Part shown: in pieces, positions 53,280 to 63,693 of the stretch
How the letters are laid out: each line of letters begins with the position of its first letter
Numbering within the stretch: the stretch's first letter is position 1
Assembly (NCBI GenBank): GCA_903828655.1
Contig: CAIKMX010000037.1
Coordinates: 17,173 to 81,172 of the forward strand
DNA length: 64,000 nt
Reading direction: 5' to 3'
DNA from: an uncultured archaeon
GTDB lineage: Archaea > Nanobdellota > Nanobdellia > Pacearchaeales > GW2011-AR1
Translations under genes and position numbers: made by a program
The notes under the pieces: generated by a model
What the model was told of the DNA's origin: nothing
Seen by the model: the letters and a program-made list of their open reading frames with translations, nothing else
Database searches by the model: none

Positions 53280-55478
53280 TTGTTTTGGCTTATGAGAAAA
53301 AGGGGTTTTTTTGGGTCGCTTATTCTGATAGTTGTCGTTCTGATTATATTTGGGCTTGTTTATTCAGGTTATGGAAACAATATTCTAAATGCTTTGACCG
53401 GAAAGGTTGTTGGGGGGGATGCAAAAAAAGTCATAAAAGAAAATTGCTATGTGGTTCAGATTGAGGATAAGAGCGAAGTAAAAGAGAAGATTTATGTTTC
53501 TGCTTATCCTAAGAGTGTTGAAGATAATGTTTTGAGCAATGCTTTTTTATCCAAGGTGACAATTAATGGATATAGAACTGATGAAGATGATACTTCCGAT
53601 GTTAAACTATGGAATGTTATAGGATTGTGTGATTCTGAAACTGTAGGCTATTCTTCTTTGTGGAAAGCATCAGAATCTTTGTCTCCTGTCCCTTCTTTTA
53701 CACAGACTTTTACTCCGACCTCTACTGGAAGTCCAACCTCTACGAGTGGTGCTGAAGTTAGTGCTTATTTAAGTGAGGATTATATTAAAAAAGTTGAGAA
53801 AGAAAAACTGTTTACTCCTAAAGAACCTGTAAGCCTTTTTGATGAGATAACTTGTGAGCTGAGAATTCCAAAAGGAGAAAGTTTTGACAAGAAAGATTAT
53901 CTTGGGAGTTTATTTATCAAAATTAGTGGAGGGAAGACAAAAGATATATTGAGTGGTGAAAAGTTAACATATAATCGGATTGTAAATGGGGGGGGTGTTG
54001 ACTATGCAGTTTATAGCTTTGAAAAACTTCCTATGTCTGCTTATTCTTCTTCAAATGAAGATTTTGAGGATTGGGTTAAATCAGATAATATTTTTTGCAG
54101 AGTTAGCGTTGATGGAAAGATGGTTGAATCTCCTAAAGTTGCAATGGATAATGAATGTGTACATTTGTGGGGGAAGGATAACGCAAAATTTAATATTATC
54201 TCTCTTCGTGATAGTTCTAAAAATTCTAAAAGTCTTTTTAATCTAAGAACGTTTTTTGTAGATCCTGGATCAAATTCTATTACTTTTACTAAGATCGAGC
54301 CATTTGCTACATATAAGAGCAATTTTGCGTATTATATGGATATGACAAAACATAAACTTGACGGATGGTTCTTTGAGAAGAATAGGGGATTCTTTGAAGT
54401 AAGTTCTTGCAAGAAGCCAAGTTCTACCCTTGTGGTTGTTTTTGAGAGGGGGTTTTCTAGTGCGGAGGATAAAAAATATGTAGGTCTGGCGTATCAATCT
54501 GCGGGGGTAATACTTCTTAATCCGGCAAAGATTTCCATTGGAGCGGGGATACATGAGTATGGACATACTTTTTGTGGTTTGTCTGATGAGTATCTTTATG
54601 GAAAAGATGGGTTTGGTTCTAGATCTATGCCTGTGAGTTCTGATAAAAACTGCAGAAAAAACAAGAATGCCTTTTTGCCTTATGGGGATGTGGGGATTAT
54701 AGACTGTACCGATACTTCGCACTATAAGTCTTCAAAAGACAGCATAATGAATAATTATAATGATTTATATTTTAATGTAATTAGTGCAGGTTATTGTATA
54801 ACTAAGATTACTGGGAAGAGTGTTCCACAAAGTTTTCAAGAGGCTTGTGGAATGGGGGGAGTAACTAAACCAAGAGTCTGTCCTATTTCAGATGATGTTG
54901 CTAGGGTGGCTATGCAAGCTACAGCGAGGGTTATTGCTTCGGATTCATCTAGTAAAAATTGTTATGTAAGGCTTGATATAAATGAGAATAAAACCTCTGA
55001 TGATAAAATTGTATTTAGTTTGAATAGCCAGGAAAATTTAAATGAGAGTTATGAAGGTTCTGTTTCTTTTTATGATTCTAATATTAGTTCTGATTATATT
55101 TTGAAAACTTATGATTCTAATAATTTGCTAAATCAATTTTCTATTTCTTCTGCACGATTTAGCTATATTGATGGCACTAATGAAAATAATAAATCTATTG
55201 GGGGGATTAGTGAATCGGATTATGGGATTATAACTACTTATATTCCTTATGATTCAAAAATCTCTTCAGTTAGAATTGATAATAACGGAAGCGAGAGTGT
55301 TATTAATGTTGATGTAAACAGTTTTAGATGTGAGCAGAAAAAGTCTAGTAATTATAACTATTTGGTTATTTTTATTTTAATTCTTGTTGTTCTTGCTGTT
55401 TTATGGGCTTTCAGAAAGTTTTTTGGTCGTAATAATCTTGTTGAATTTTATAGATCTAAGCTTGAAGCAACTAATTAG
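53280..55478 (+). CDS. membrane-anchored paralog-family protein carrying a HExxH zincin motif and a C-terminal TM anchor
   Basis: The N-terminal TM and conserved family domain (ENCYVVQ...YVSAYPKSVEDNVLSNAFLSKVTINGYRT...WNVIGLCDSETVGYSSL) are shared with 61691 and 63694. GIHEYGHTFCGLSDEY is at 54552-54566. C-terminus NYNYLVIFILILVVLAVLWAFRKFFGR. Confidence 0.6.
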   Translation: MFWLMRKRGFFGSLILIVVVLIIFGLVYSGYGNNILNALTGKVVGGDAKKVIKENCYVVQIEDKSEVKEKIYVSAYPKSVEDNVLSNAFLSKVTINGYRTDEDDTSDVKLWNVIGLCDSETVGYSSLWKASESLSPVPSFTQTFTPTSTGSPTSTSGAEVSAYLSEDYIKKVEKEKLFTPKEPVSLFDEITCELRIPKGESFDKKDYLGSLFIKISGGKTKDILSGEKLTYNRIVNGGGVDYAVYSFEKLPMSAYSSSNEDFEDWVKSDNIFCRVSVDGKMVESPKVAMDNECVHLWGKDNAKFNIISLRDSSKNSKSLFNLRTFFVDPGSNSITFTKIEPFATYKSNFAYYMDMTKHKLDGWFFEKNRGFFEVSSCKKPSSTLVVVFERGFSSAEDKKYVGLAYQSAGVILLNPAKISIGAGIHEYGHTFCGLSDEYLYGKDGFGSRSMPVSSDKNCRKNKNAFLPYGDVGIIDCTDTSHYKSSKDSIMNNYNDLYFNVISAGYCITKITGKSVPQSFQEACGMGGVTKPRVCPISDDVARVAMQATARVIASDSSSKNCYVRLDINENKTSDDKIVFSLNSQENLNESYEGSVSFYDSNISSDYILKTYDSNNLLNQFSISSARFSYIDGTNENNKSIGGISESDYGIITTYIPYDSKISSVRIDNNGSESVINVDVNSFRCEQKKSSNYNYLVIFILILVVLAVLWAFRKFFGRNNLVEFYRSKLEATN

Positions 55479-55541
55479 TCTGTTCTGTATGTTTCATTCC
55501 AGGATAATAGAATTTATAAATACCTTTTTTCTTAATATCTA

Positions 55542-58500
55542 ATGAAAGAGAGGGGTGATTTGAGATACTTTTTGTGCTTGTTGATAGTTGCGTTTGTCTT
55601 TTTTGTTTTGTTTTTACCTAATTTTGTTTATGCTGAGACCATAGCCACGTCTTTTCCAAAGTTTTCTGTATCGGGGATAACTAACAATGATTGGACATTT
55701 ACAGACAGTTCTGGGAGTACAAATGTAAGATGCGAGCAGTTTAACAAAGCGTATGATTTCTCTTCTGTCAAGGCGCTTGATCCTGCCGATGGTTTTTTGA
55801 TAACCGAGGGGGTTCCGTATACTACAAGCGCTCCCGCTGATTCCTTTACAACTTCTGATTATTATGGTGATCAGAGAGATTGCGGATATGTTGCTTCTTA
55901 TGATACGAATTATTACTTTAGAGCGGGTGCTCCTCCCGCTGGCGAGCCGAGAGTTCAGGGCGTTGTGCGTACATTTTCAAATCTTATGTGGGCGGATAAC
56001 AAAGCATGGATTTTGAGGTTGCAGAATACGTGGGAAGAACCATGTTCTTTTCAAGAATCTTATTTTCGTCCTTTGGGGATTCCTGTCCCTGCGTGTATTT
56101 CGAGTTGGGGTAGGGGCTTTTTTTATTATAGTTCTGTTAGTGTTGCAAATGAGGGAGAATTTGTTGCAGGGGATGATAGAAAACAGTATAGTTCTAACAG
56201 TTGGAATCTGGTTAATGGTCTTGGATGGACTTCCTTTGAGAGGGGACCATATCAGGTAAAACAAGAGGGGGGTTGTAGTGTAAGCAACAATAATCCCGTT
56301 TCTATTTCTGCTAAAGAACTTTCAACTCTTAAGTGTAGTTATGGGGAGCCAAATACACATACTGAATATTGGGAAGGAAGCAATAAATTTGTTTATGGTA
56401 GTGGGTGGGATGTTCCTGCTAGTGCTTTTAATTTGGCTGGAATGTCGAAGAAGGATTTTGATAATAAAATAATTGGATCTAAGCCAAGTACAGACATGAT
56501 GACCTATCTTCCTCTCCCCTATTATAAGAGAGATTACTGTGACGTGTTTTTAGGAGAATATTTATTTCAGGGAGCTTCTTCTAATCCGGAAAAATCTATA
56601 TGCCGATTTGTTTATGGGTCATATCGTCCGGGGGCTGTTTCTCCGACTTTGTGTACTAAAGAGGGTTTGAAGGGTCCTGTGATGTATTTGGAGTACAATC
56701 TTGCTAAGGCAGGGACGTCTGATGAGTGGACTGGAGGGATTTATTTTAATGGAGTGTATAATCCCTTCTCTGATAGCTCATTTAGTTCAAAAGAGAAATG
56801 TGACCTTGCTCAGGCGGTGGATGTTGGTTTTGGTTTAGATCTTAAGATGCTTGATGCAGGTTCACTCGATGCACCGATTAGTGCTTTATATGGCAATCCG
56901 CAGTTAGAATATTCTGCTAAGAACTACATTTCCGAACTAAGAAGTTCGATTGATATTTCTTCACAGTATAAGGATCCAAATACTAAGACTGTGGTATTTG
57001 CTCTTGAACCAAATTATGCTTTGAACAAGAAGATTTCTGGTGCATCCAAAAAGTTTGTTTCTGGTGTTAGTGATTCTATATGCAACGATTGGAAAATGAA
57101 AGTTGCTATAAAGAAATCTGAATTGGAAAGTGCATTTGCTGCAGGAGGACCTTGCAGTGGTTTAAAGATTACCCCTGAGGTGATTTCTCCCACGACTAAA
57201 TGTAAAAATGGAGTTGTTGATATTGCTGATGGTGAGCAGTGTGATTTTGAGGTAACTAATGGTATTGTAAATCTTAACAAGCCCGTATTTATATCTGGTT
57301 TTGAAAAGTGTGAGAATTTTAATGGATATAGTTTATTTAATCCGGAGGGAAAGATTTATACCGGAGGGGTTTTAAAATGTAATCCTGCAGACTGTAGGTT
57401 TGATAAAAGTTCGTGCATTGAATCGTCTGCTACATGTAAAGAAGGTGATATAAAGCTTTGTTCTGAGTTTGTTCCAAAAGATTTGAAGGCGACGAGGGGA
57501 GTTTGTGCGGGTTCTTATGCGACTTGCACTGCTGACGGGAAATGGCCTGCAAAATGTACCGAAGAGGATTACAAGAAAATAGAGGACTATTACAATACTG
57601 ATATGGGGGGAGGGATTAAAGAGGTAAAGTGTGATGGAAAAGATAATGACTGTAATGGTCTGATAGATGATGTTGGGGGAGATAAGGCAAGGGCGGACGA
57701 GTTGTGCAGTGCCAAGACTGGAAGGTATCCAGATGGGTCTCGTCCTAAATGTTTTGGCGATCTCTTTCAAAATGAACGGCTTGATGGATGCGGATGTCGT
57801 GTTTCTGGTGATTGTTCTGATGTTTTTAGTGCGTGCAAGCCTATTGGTGGTGGTTTTGATTCTGGAGTTAAGGGTGTTGTTGATGGGGATGATTTGGGAA
57901 TATGCAAGAAGTGTGAGCTCACAAATGGAGACCAGTGTGAAAATGATGTGATGTGCGCTACATTTGGTTCTAATAAAATATGCTCGCATTGCCAGTGTGT
58001 AGATAAACAGTGCACTGTTGCAACGCAAAATAAAGATTGTCCTGCTATGACTACTCTTGGGTTGTTCAAACAGGAATGTGTTAATGAGAGATGTGTTGAC
58101 AGAACAAAATGCCAAGTTAATCCTTGGGGGGATATTTGTAATAATGGTCCTGGAGTTCAGCTTAAAGATAATAAGTGCACAGATCCTGCAAATCCCGTGT
58201 GTGTTGGACCCCCTTCAAGTAATGGGGGATGCAGATGTGCCAAGGGTGTTTGTGATAACTCTATGTTTGGACAGCAGCTTGCCAGTGATTGTAAGACTGG
58301 ACAAACATTTCAGGATTATCCTACCTGCAAGTGTGTTGAGAATGAGGGGTATTATAAGTCTCCTTCTGTTTGCGGAGATGGAAAAGTTAGCGGAAATGAA
58401 GAGTGTGATTTTGTTTCAGATCCTGTGAATCCAGGAAAGTTATTGTTTGCTGCTCCTGATTTTAAGAAACCTTTAATGACAACCGATTCTAATTGTGGCA

Positions 58501-61500
58501 AGAGCGTTACCCCATTTGGAGATCTTTCGACTAAGCCAGCATGCATTCCTCCGGTAGCGTATGCATTTGAGGGCCAGGGGGGTTTGCAGGCCACGAACAA
58601 TAAAAATAATGAATGCAAGTGCAGAGCAGAATTTGTGATGCCCATAATCATTCCTTCTACTTCAGGGTGTAAGAAAAATTATTTTGAGGGCCCGGATGGC
58701 AAGATATTGAGGGCATGTGACAATATTGTTGCTCCTGATTTGCTTCCGAGTATTGATGTTAGTGCGAGTGTTGTATCAAATGATGTTACTTCGTGTTGTG
58801 ACCCTAATTCTTATGCAGCTAAGGGAAAATCTATTAGTGTCGGAGTTCAGTTATATCTTCCAATTAATGGAAAGATGGATAAGATAAGATTTATAGATAC
58901 GTCAAAGATTGACTCAACTTCTTTTACAGGGGATCTTGATAAGACAAAGACAGGACATACCTTAACTTCTCATGGCGATGGAACATTCGGAGGGATTGAG
59001 GATTCTCATGGTCTTGATCCTGAAGGAATATTTGGGACAGCCGATAAGACGAGTGGAAGGAAAGGAAGAGAAGATGGTTCTGTAGATGTTTATGTTAAGT
59101 ATCTGGGGGCTGAGGGAAGTGAGGATTGCATGACATATGTTGGAGTTATGATACATGGCTATGCGGGTCTTGGAGGTAATAGAGAAAATAGATACTGCAC
59201 AGCTACTGTTCCTGGTCATTTAAGGAAAGGGTCTTTTGTGCTTATGGATTATACCAACTGTTTTGATTGGGATCCTAATGGCAAGGCTCCACTTCAGGGT
59301 AAATATATGCAAGAAAAACAATCTTATCTGGGAGATAATAGCAGACTTGTTGTTGATATTCTTGATGAGCCTTGCGGGGTTTGTGAGCTAACTAATTTAC
59401 ATTGGGAGATAGATGGAAAGTCTATAGGTCCTGTAAGTTCAGTGATTGCAGGAGATAGTAAAAAAGTAACTCTTGTTGCCAACGCAAAAAATTGTGCAGG
59501 AAAAAATATTTTTCCAGAAATTTATGAGTCTGTTAGTACCGGGTTTCTTCAATCTAAGAATGTGAGAGTTGGATTTGATACTTTTGTTAAGATTGATAGT
59601 AAAAAGTTTTCTGCAGAGTGGAATCCTGTTTATTCTAGTGCTGGGAGCAAGGGAAATAAATATTTCTTTAGTTTATCCAATCCTGATGATAATAATCTTT
59701 TTTCAAGTATAAAGAGTATACTGCTTAAGGTGAATGGTCCTTCTAAAGAGAGGGTGGGTAGTACTATAAAGGTTGTGCTTCCATCTCAGATAGATGCGGC
59801 TAGTTTTATTCCAGGTTCTCAGGCTATGATTCAAATGCCTTCTTTTAATATAAGACTTGCAGATAATTCTGAAGTTACTTGTCCAGGAATGACGATTATA
59901 CAGACCCCTATTGTTAATGAACGGGGAGAGGTTACTGGAGTATCTAACAAAGTTCCCCCTGTTGTTTGTCCTCCTAAAGATTCAAAGAGTTCTAGCTCTG
60001 GTTCTTCTAGTAGTAAGAAGGTATATACTATTAGTGTTGATGATTTTGTTACGAAATTTAAAACTCCCCTAGACCCTCGTCTCCTTTCTAATAAGAACAT
60101 AAAGATAGTTGTTAGTCTTCCTGATTCAACCGAGAAAGATAAGAAAGCTGAATTTGAAATACAACTTGAGGGAGGGAAATTTGTTTTAAGCAAAGACCAG
60201 GGGGGCTGTATGCTTAATGGGGTTTGCTTTTATGTTTTGACTCCTGCGGAGGTTACTAAAGAAGCTCCTAAGAAACTTCCCGCTGTTCCTGCGACGATAA
60301 ACGAGATAACTAAGGGTGATGGGGAGCCGACTAATAATGTTGCAGATTCGTGCGAGATTTTAAAATTGGCGAAGAGTGTTGATTTTAAGCTGAGTGCGCA
60401 GTGGACTCTTGATAAGAGAATTGATGAAACTATCAGCCTGAGTTTGGTGAAAGATAAGACGGCTTCTGATAGTTCGTTCGCAGGGGTTATACCGGTTTAT
60501 AGCGGAGAGAAGATTGTTTCCCTTCCGGATGTGGATGAAAAAGGGATGGCTATAAAAAAAGGTAACGTTGATTGGCTTGTTGAGGTTAAGTTAAGTCATG
60601 TTGCGAACGGAAATATTCTTGAGTATACAAGTGGGGCGAGTGTTAAGCCTTCGTCTAATATCTATGTTGCAATAAGAAAGGTGGAATACAAACAAGTATG
60701 GTTTGAAAAGAAAGCAGTTCCTCTTTATGGATGGAGTTATTCTGCGATGACCCTTCCTAATGGAGGATATTTCAAGGCTAATGTTTGGCAAGAGATGTTT
60801 AAGAAGATTAGTGGAGACATGGGGGATATGAAGTTCATGATTGCAACTGATTTGTGTACCAGTGCAAATTGTGAAAAACAAACTGGAAAGATAAATTACA
60901 ATCATTATCCTGGAATGGCGGTTGCAGATGTTGACAGAAGCAGATTTACTTATGATTTAATGAAAGTGCATCTTGCTGCAGGTAGTGAGGGTTTTACAGA
61001 GTATCAAAGTGCGAGAGGCGGGCATAAACTTGATGCTTCATATTATCCTGACAAGGTTGGTCTTTGTGATGTTGATACTGGAATTGGATGGAGCTCTGGA
61101 GGAAAGTGGGTTGCAGAGAGTATGGTCGAGGCATATAATATAATGAACAAAGTTTATACAAAGAATACATTGAATAAATATTATACTCAATCATTTATAC
61201 TTCTTGATGGTACAGGCTCACGTAATGGGGAAGTTGATGGATTTTCACTTGATAAGCTGCCTCCGACTGTTCCTTGCTTCCTTAATTTTAGAATGGATAC
61301 GGGATTTGGGGGAGTTACAAATGATAAAAATAGAGAGTTGTTATTCCAGGTCCAGGATGTTCCATATAATATTGATGTTGGTGGACACTGGGGAGTTAGA
61401 AGCCCGGTCGTTACTGGAGCTATCGCTTTCTTCAATGATAATCTGAAGAATAAGAATCTTGTTAAGGTTGATGTGTCTACGGGTAAGGCAGATTGCTCCG

Positions 61501-61682
61501 GTATGAAGAATGCGATGAAGATGTATCTGTCAGAAGTTGCTACGCTAGATAGAAGCCATACTAGAGAGTATCTTACTGATAGTGATGTTGCTTTTATTAA
61601 TGGTGTGCTGAATAAACTTTCTAAAGACCTCGGCACTGGAAAAATTTATAATATCAAACGTGATACTGTCGTGAGGTTATAA
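55542..61682 (+). CDS. giant (2046 aa) secreted Cys-rich multidomain surface protein, paralog of 41299-49779
   Basis: Leader MKERGDLRYFLCLLIVAFVFFV, VKCDGKDNDCNGLIDD, and CDNSMFGQQLASDCKTGQTFQDYPTCKC (58250-58337, about 88% nt identity to 43223-43308). Confidence 0.8.
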   Translation: MKERGDLRYFLCLLIVAFVFFVLFLPNFVYAETIATSFPKFSVSGITNNDWTFTDSSGSTNVRCEQFNKAYDFSSVKALDPADGFLITEGVPYTTSAPADSFTTSDYYGDQRDCGYVASYDTNYYFRAGAPPAGEPRVQGVVRTFSNLMWADNKAWILRLQNTWEEPCSFQESYFRPLGIPVPACISSWGRGFFYYSSVSVANEGEFVAGDDRKQYSSNSWNLVNGLGWTSFERGPYQVKQEGGCSVSNNNPVSISAKELSTLKCSYGEPNTHTEYWEGSNKFVYGSGWDVPASAFNLAGMSKKDFDNKIIGSKPSTDMMTYLPLPYYKRDYCDVFLGEYLFQGASSNPEKSICRFVYGSYRPGAVSPTLCTKEGLKGPVMYLEYNLAKAGTSDEWTGGIYFNGVYNPFSDSSFSSKEKCDLAQAVDVGFGLDLKMLDAGSLDAPISALYGNPQLEYSAKNYISELRSSIDISSQYKDPNTKTVVFALEPNYALNKKISGASKKFVSGVSDSICNDWKMKVAIKKSELESAFAAGGPCSGLKITPEVISPTTKCKNGVVDIADGEQCDFEVTNGIVNLNKPVFISGFEKCENFNGYSLFNPEGKIYTGGVLKCNPADCRFDKSSCIESSATCKEGDIKLCSEFVPKDLKATRGVCAGSYATCTADGKWPAKCTEEDYKKIEDYYNTDMGGGIKEVKCDGKDNDCNGLIDDVGGDKARADELCSAKTGRYPDGSRPKCFGDLFQNERLDGCGCRVSGDCSDVFSACKPIGGGFDSGVKGVVDGDDLGICKKCELTNGDQCENDVMCATFGSNKICSHCQCVDKQCTVATQNKDCPAMTTLGLFKQECVNERCVDRTKCQVNPWGDICNNGPGVQLKDNKCTDPANPVCVGPPSSNGGCRCAKGVCDNSMFGQQLASDCKTGQTFQDYPTCKCVENEGYYKSPSVCGDGKVSGNEECDFVSDPVNPGKLLFAAPDFKKPLMTTDSNCGKSVTPFGDLSTKPACIPPVAYAFEGQGGLQATNNKNNECKCRAEFVMPIIIPSTSGCKKNYFEGPDGKILRACDNIVAPDLLPSIDVSASVVSNDVTSCCDPNSYAAKGKSISVGVQLYLPINGKMDKIRFIDTSKIDSTSFTGDLDKTKTGHTLTSHGDGTFGGIEDSHGLDPEGIFGTADKTSGRKGREDGSVDVYVKYLGAEGSEDCMTYVGVMIHGYAGLGGNRENRYCTATVPGHLRKGSFVLMDYTNCFDWDPNGKAPLQGKYMQEKQSYLGDNSRLVVDILDEPCGVCELTNLHWEIDGKSIGPVSSVIAGDSKKVTLVANAKNCAGKNIFPEIYESVSTGFLQSKNVRVGFDTFVKIDSKKFSAEWNPVYSSAGSKGNKYFFSLSNPDDNNLFSSIKSILLKVNGPSKERVGSTIKVVLPSQIDAASFIPGSQAMIQMPSFNIRLADNSEVTCPGMTIIQTPIVNERGEVTGVSNKVPPVVCPPKDSKSSSSGSSSSKKVYTISVDDFVTKFKTPLDPRLLSNKNIKIVVSLPDSTEKDKKAEFEIQLEGGKFVLSKDQGGCMLNGVCFYVLTPAEVTKEAPKKLPAVPATINEITKGDGEPTNNVADSCEILKLAKSVDFKLSAQWTLDKRIDETISLSLVKDKTASDSSFAGVIPVYSGEKIVSLPDVDEKGMAIKKGNVDWLVEVKLSHVANGNILEYTSGASVKPSSNIYVAIRKVEYKQVWFEKKAVPLYGWSYSAMTLPNGGYFKANVWQEMFKKISGDMGDMKFMIATDLCTSANCEKQTGKINYNHYPGMAVADVDRSRFTYDLMKVHLAAGSEGFTEYQSARGGHKLDASYYPDKVGLCDVDTGIGWSSGGKWVAESMVEAYNIMNKVYTKNTLNKYYTQSFILLDGTGSRNGEVDGFSLDKLPPTVPCFLNFRMDTGFGGVTNDKNRELLFQVQDVPYNIDVGGHWGVRSPVVTGAIAFFNDNLKNKNLVKVDVSTGKADCSGMKNAMKMYLSEVATLDRSHTREYLTDSDVAFINGVLNKLSKDLGTGKIYNIKRDTVVRL

Positions 61683-61690
61683 AATCCTTT

Positions 61691-63313
61691 ATGAGAAAGA
61701 AGATAAGATATTCTCCTGTGAAAAATAAAAGAAGTAAATTTGGGTGGATTGTTGGAATTTTAATTATTCTCGCTATTATTGGTTTTTCTTTATATTTAGA
61801 ATATGGAAGCAGTCTTTTTTCTTTTCTAACTGGAAACGCCGTTGCTTCTGAAGGTGCTAAACAAATGAGGGAGAATTGTTATATTGTTAGTGCAATTGTA
61901 GGAAAGAGCGATAGCCTTATTACTGTTTATGTTTCTGCTTATCCTGGAAGTGTTGAGAATAATGTTTTGAGCAATGCTTTTTTGTCTAAGGTGACGATTG
62001 ATGCGTATAGGACTAATGAACCTGGGGAGACTTCACGTTCATGGAATGTTATAGGATTATGTGATTCTGAAACTGTAAGCCATTCTTCTTTGTTGAAGAT
62101 GACGAGTTCTGATGATTCGAGTTCTAGCTCGACTTCTAGTCTAACGTCTGGTGAAGGGCAGGCATCATGTCTTGATATTGATTGGGAATCTTTTATTTAT
62201 GATTCTAGTGTTTATGCATGCAGTTGTACTGGTGAATCATCTTCGTCAAGTTCTTTAAGTAGTTCGGATATTATTTCTCCTTCAATTACTGGGGCTGCGA
62301 TAACAGGATATAGTGTTTCCAGCGACGCCCAGAATGCGGTTCTAAAAAGAGGAATATATATTTCTCTTAGTGGGAGGGAGGCATATTATGTTGTGAATGA
62401 TGATGGGGCAATACAGAAACTAAATTGGGGTAAAATGAAGGATATAAAATTAGTTAGTTCATCAGTCGGTACAGGGGGATATAGCATTCAGACTAATATG
62501 AAAGCCTTGGATAATCTCAAGGATTCATTTGAGGCTTTGCCTTATGCCGAGGAGAATACTGTTCGTGACTTGTTAAGAAAAGATTTCTATTTTGGTACTC
62601 GAAGGGATTTGGAGAGTGAAATGAATGGAAAGTCTCCGGGCGTTCTTGGAGCTTTTGACTATGCAATGCTTGCAATGGGTAAGGGAATTAGTTCTGGCGA
62701 TCCTGAAAAGGGAGATTGTCCCCTTAGTATTTATGTTTCAAAGTATTATTATAGTAATGATAAACTAGACGGAGATTGGCTTATGGCTTTGGTAAGGGTT
62801 AAGGGAATAGAGGCTGAATATGTAAAGAATGAGATTGCGCGTACGCCAGTTGCTGAAAAGACGATTGCATGTCCTGAAAAACAGATTCCAAAGTGTGAGA
62901 TTATACCGGAGTGTACAAAAAAGAAGGATTGCGAGATTAAACCTCCTTTCCATAAGGATTATGTTCTTTGTGTGGCAAGTAAGTGTGAGGAGGATAAGGA
63001 AAAAGCAAAGCTTGTACTTGGTGCGATGATTCCTGGATTATTGCCTTCGGATGATTATATTGCTCTTGGTAAAGATGGGTTTTTTATTTCAACTGATCCT
63101 AAGAAGCCTAAGGTTTTTGCTTTGGATGTGAAAGTTGAAACGTTAGATGTGATTGAAAACTCTTTTGTCAAGGGAGATGTTTTAGCAGGTTTTATTATTA
63201 AGAAATCTGTCAGCGGGTCTAATGGGCTTTCTCATCTTGTTGTGCTTAGGGTAGGATTGGTTGGTCCACCTAGTAAGCCTAAACTTAGTTATGTTACTAT
63301 TAGCAATTCTTAG
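61691..63313 (+). CDS. membrane-anchored paralog-family protein (Ser-rich)
   Basis: TM helix IVGILIILAIIGFSLYL, then ENCYIVSAIVGKSDSLITVYVSAYPGSVENNVLSNAFLSKVTIDAYRT...WNVIGLCDSETVSHSSL. The DNA of this block is about 90% identical to 53490-53640. Confidence 0.6.
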   Translation: MRKKIRYSPVKNKRSKFGWIVGILIILAIIGFSLYLEYGSSLFSFLTGNAVASEGAKQMRENCYIVSAIVGKSDSLITVYVSAYPGSVENNVLSNAFLSKVTIDAYRTNEPGETSRSWNVIGLCDSETVSHSSLLKMTSSDDSSSSSTSSLTSGEGQASCLDIDWESFIYDSSVYACSCTGESSSSSSLSSSDIISPSITGAAITGYSVSSDAQNAVLKRGIYISLSGREAYYVVNDDGAIQKLNWGKMKDIKLVSSSVGTGGYSIQTNMKALDNLKDSFEALPYAEENTVRDLLRKDFYFGTRRDLESEMNGKSPGVLGAFDYAMLAMGKGISSGDPEKGDCPLSIYVSKYYYSNDKLDGDWLMALVRVKGIEAEYVKNEIARTPVAEKTIACPEKQIPKCEIIPECTKKKDCEIKPPFHKDYVLCVASKCEEDKEKAKLVLGAMIPGLLPSDDYIALGKDGFFISTDPKKPKVFALDVKVETLDVIENSFVKGDVLAGFIIKKSVSGSNGLSHLVVLRVGLVGPPSKPKLSYVTISNS

Positions 63314-63362
63314 AATTATTATTGGCCGTTGGCGATTTTTGATTTTGATTTTTTATAAAAAA

Positions 63363-63662
63363 TTATTTTTCAAGTCCGCTTTGATTTGCATTTGCAGGTC
63401 TTGAATACTGTATGTTTTGATAGGTATTTTGGGTGCTTTGATTGTAGGCATTTATGTCTTCGCAAGAACATCTAATGCTGCTGCAGAATATGCTGGCTGC
63501 AATAACTACTGCTGTGCCCAGAGCCGTTGCTATCCTTGATGTTTTTCTTGTTCTTGATTTTTCTAAGTCATAAAATCCGTTTGCCATATTATTCTTCAAG
63601 ATATATTGTTTATAAGTCTTTCTATTTGTTATCACTATATAGTTACTATGAATATTGAACAT
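63363..63662 (-). CDS. small hypothetical membrane protein
   Basis: 99-aa ORF with one hydrophobic helix (IATALGTAVVIAASIF). Weak. Confidence 0.25.
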   Translation of the reverse strand: MFNIHSNYIVITNRKTYKQYILKNNMANGFYDLEKSRTRKTSRIATALGTAVVIAASIFCSSIRCSCEDINAYNQSTQNTYQNIQYSRPANANQSGLEK

Positions 63663-63693
63663 GTTTTATAAATGTGTTTTTCTTAGGCTATTT

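Noticed and set aside
57372-58115. 247-aa minus-strand ORF and many other 60-120-aa antisense ORFs inside the giant genes (for example 43109-43321, 45754-46062, 47616-47933, 58352-58651, 61187-61636)
   Set aside because: They lie entirely antisense to long, motif-rich ORFs in an AT-rich genome where antisense frames stay open by chance. They have low-complexity or Arg/Ser-biased translations typical of spurious frames.
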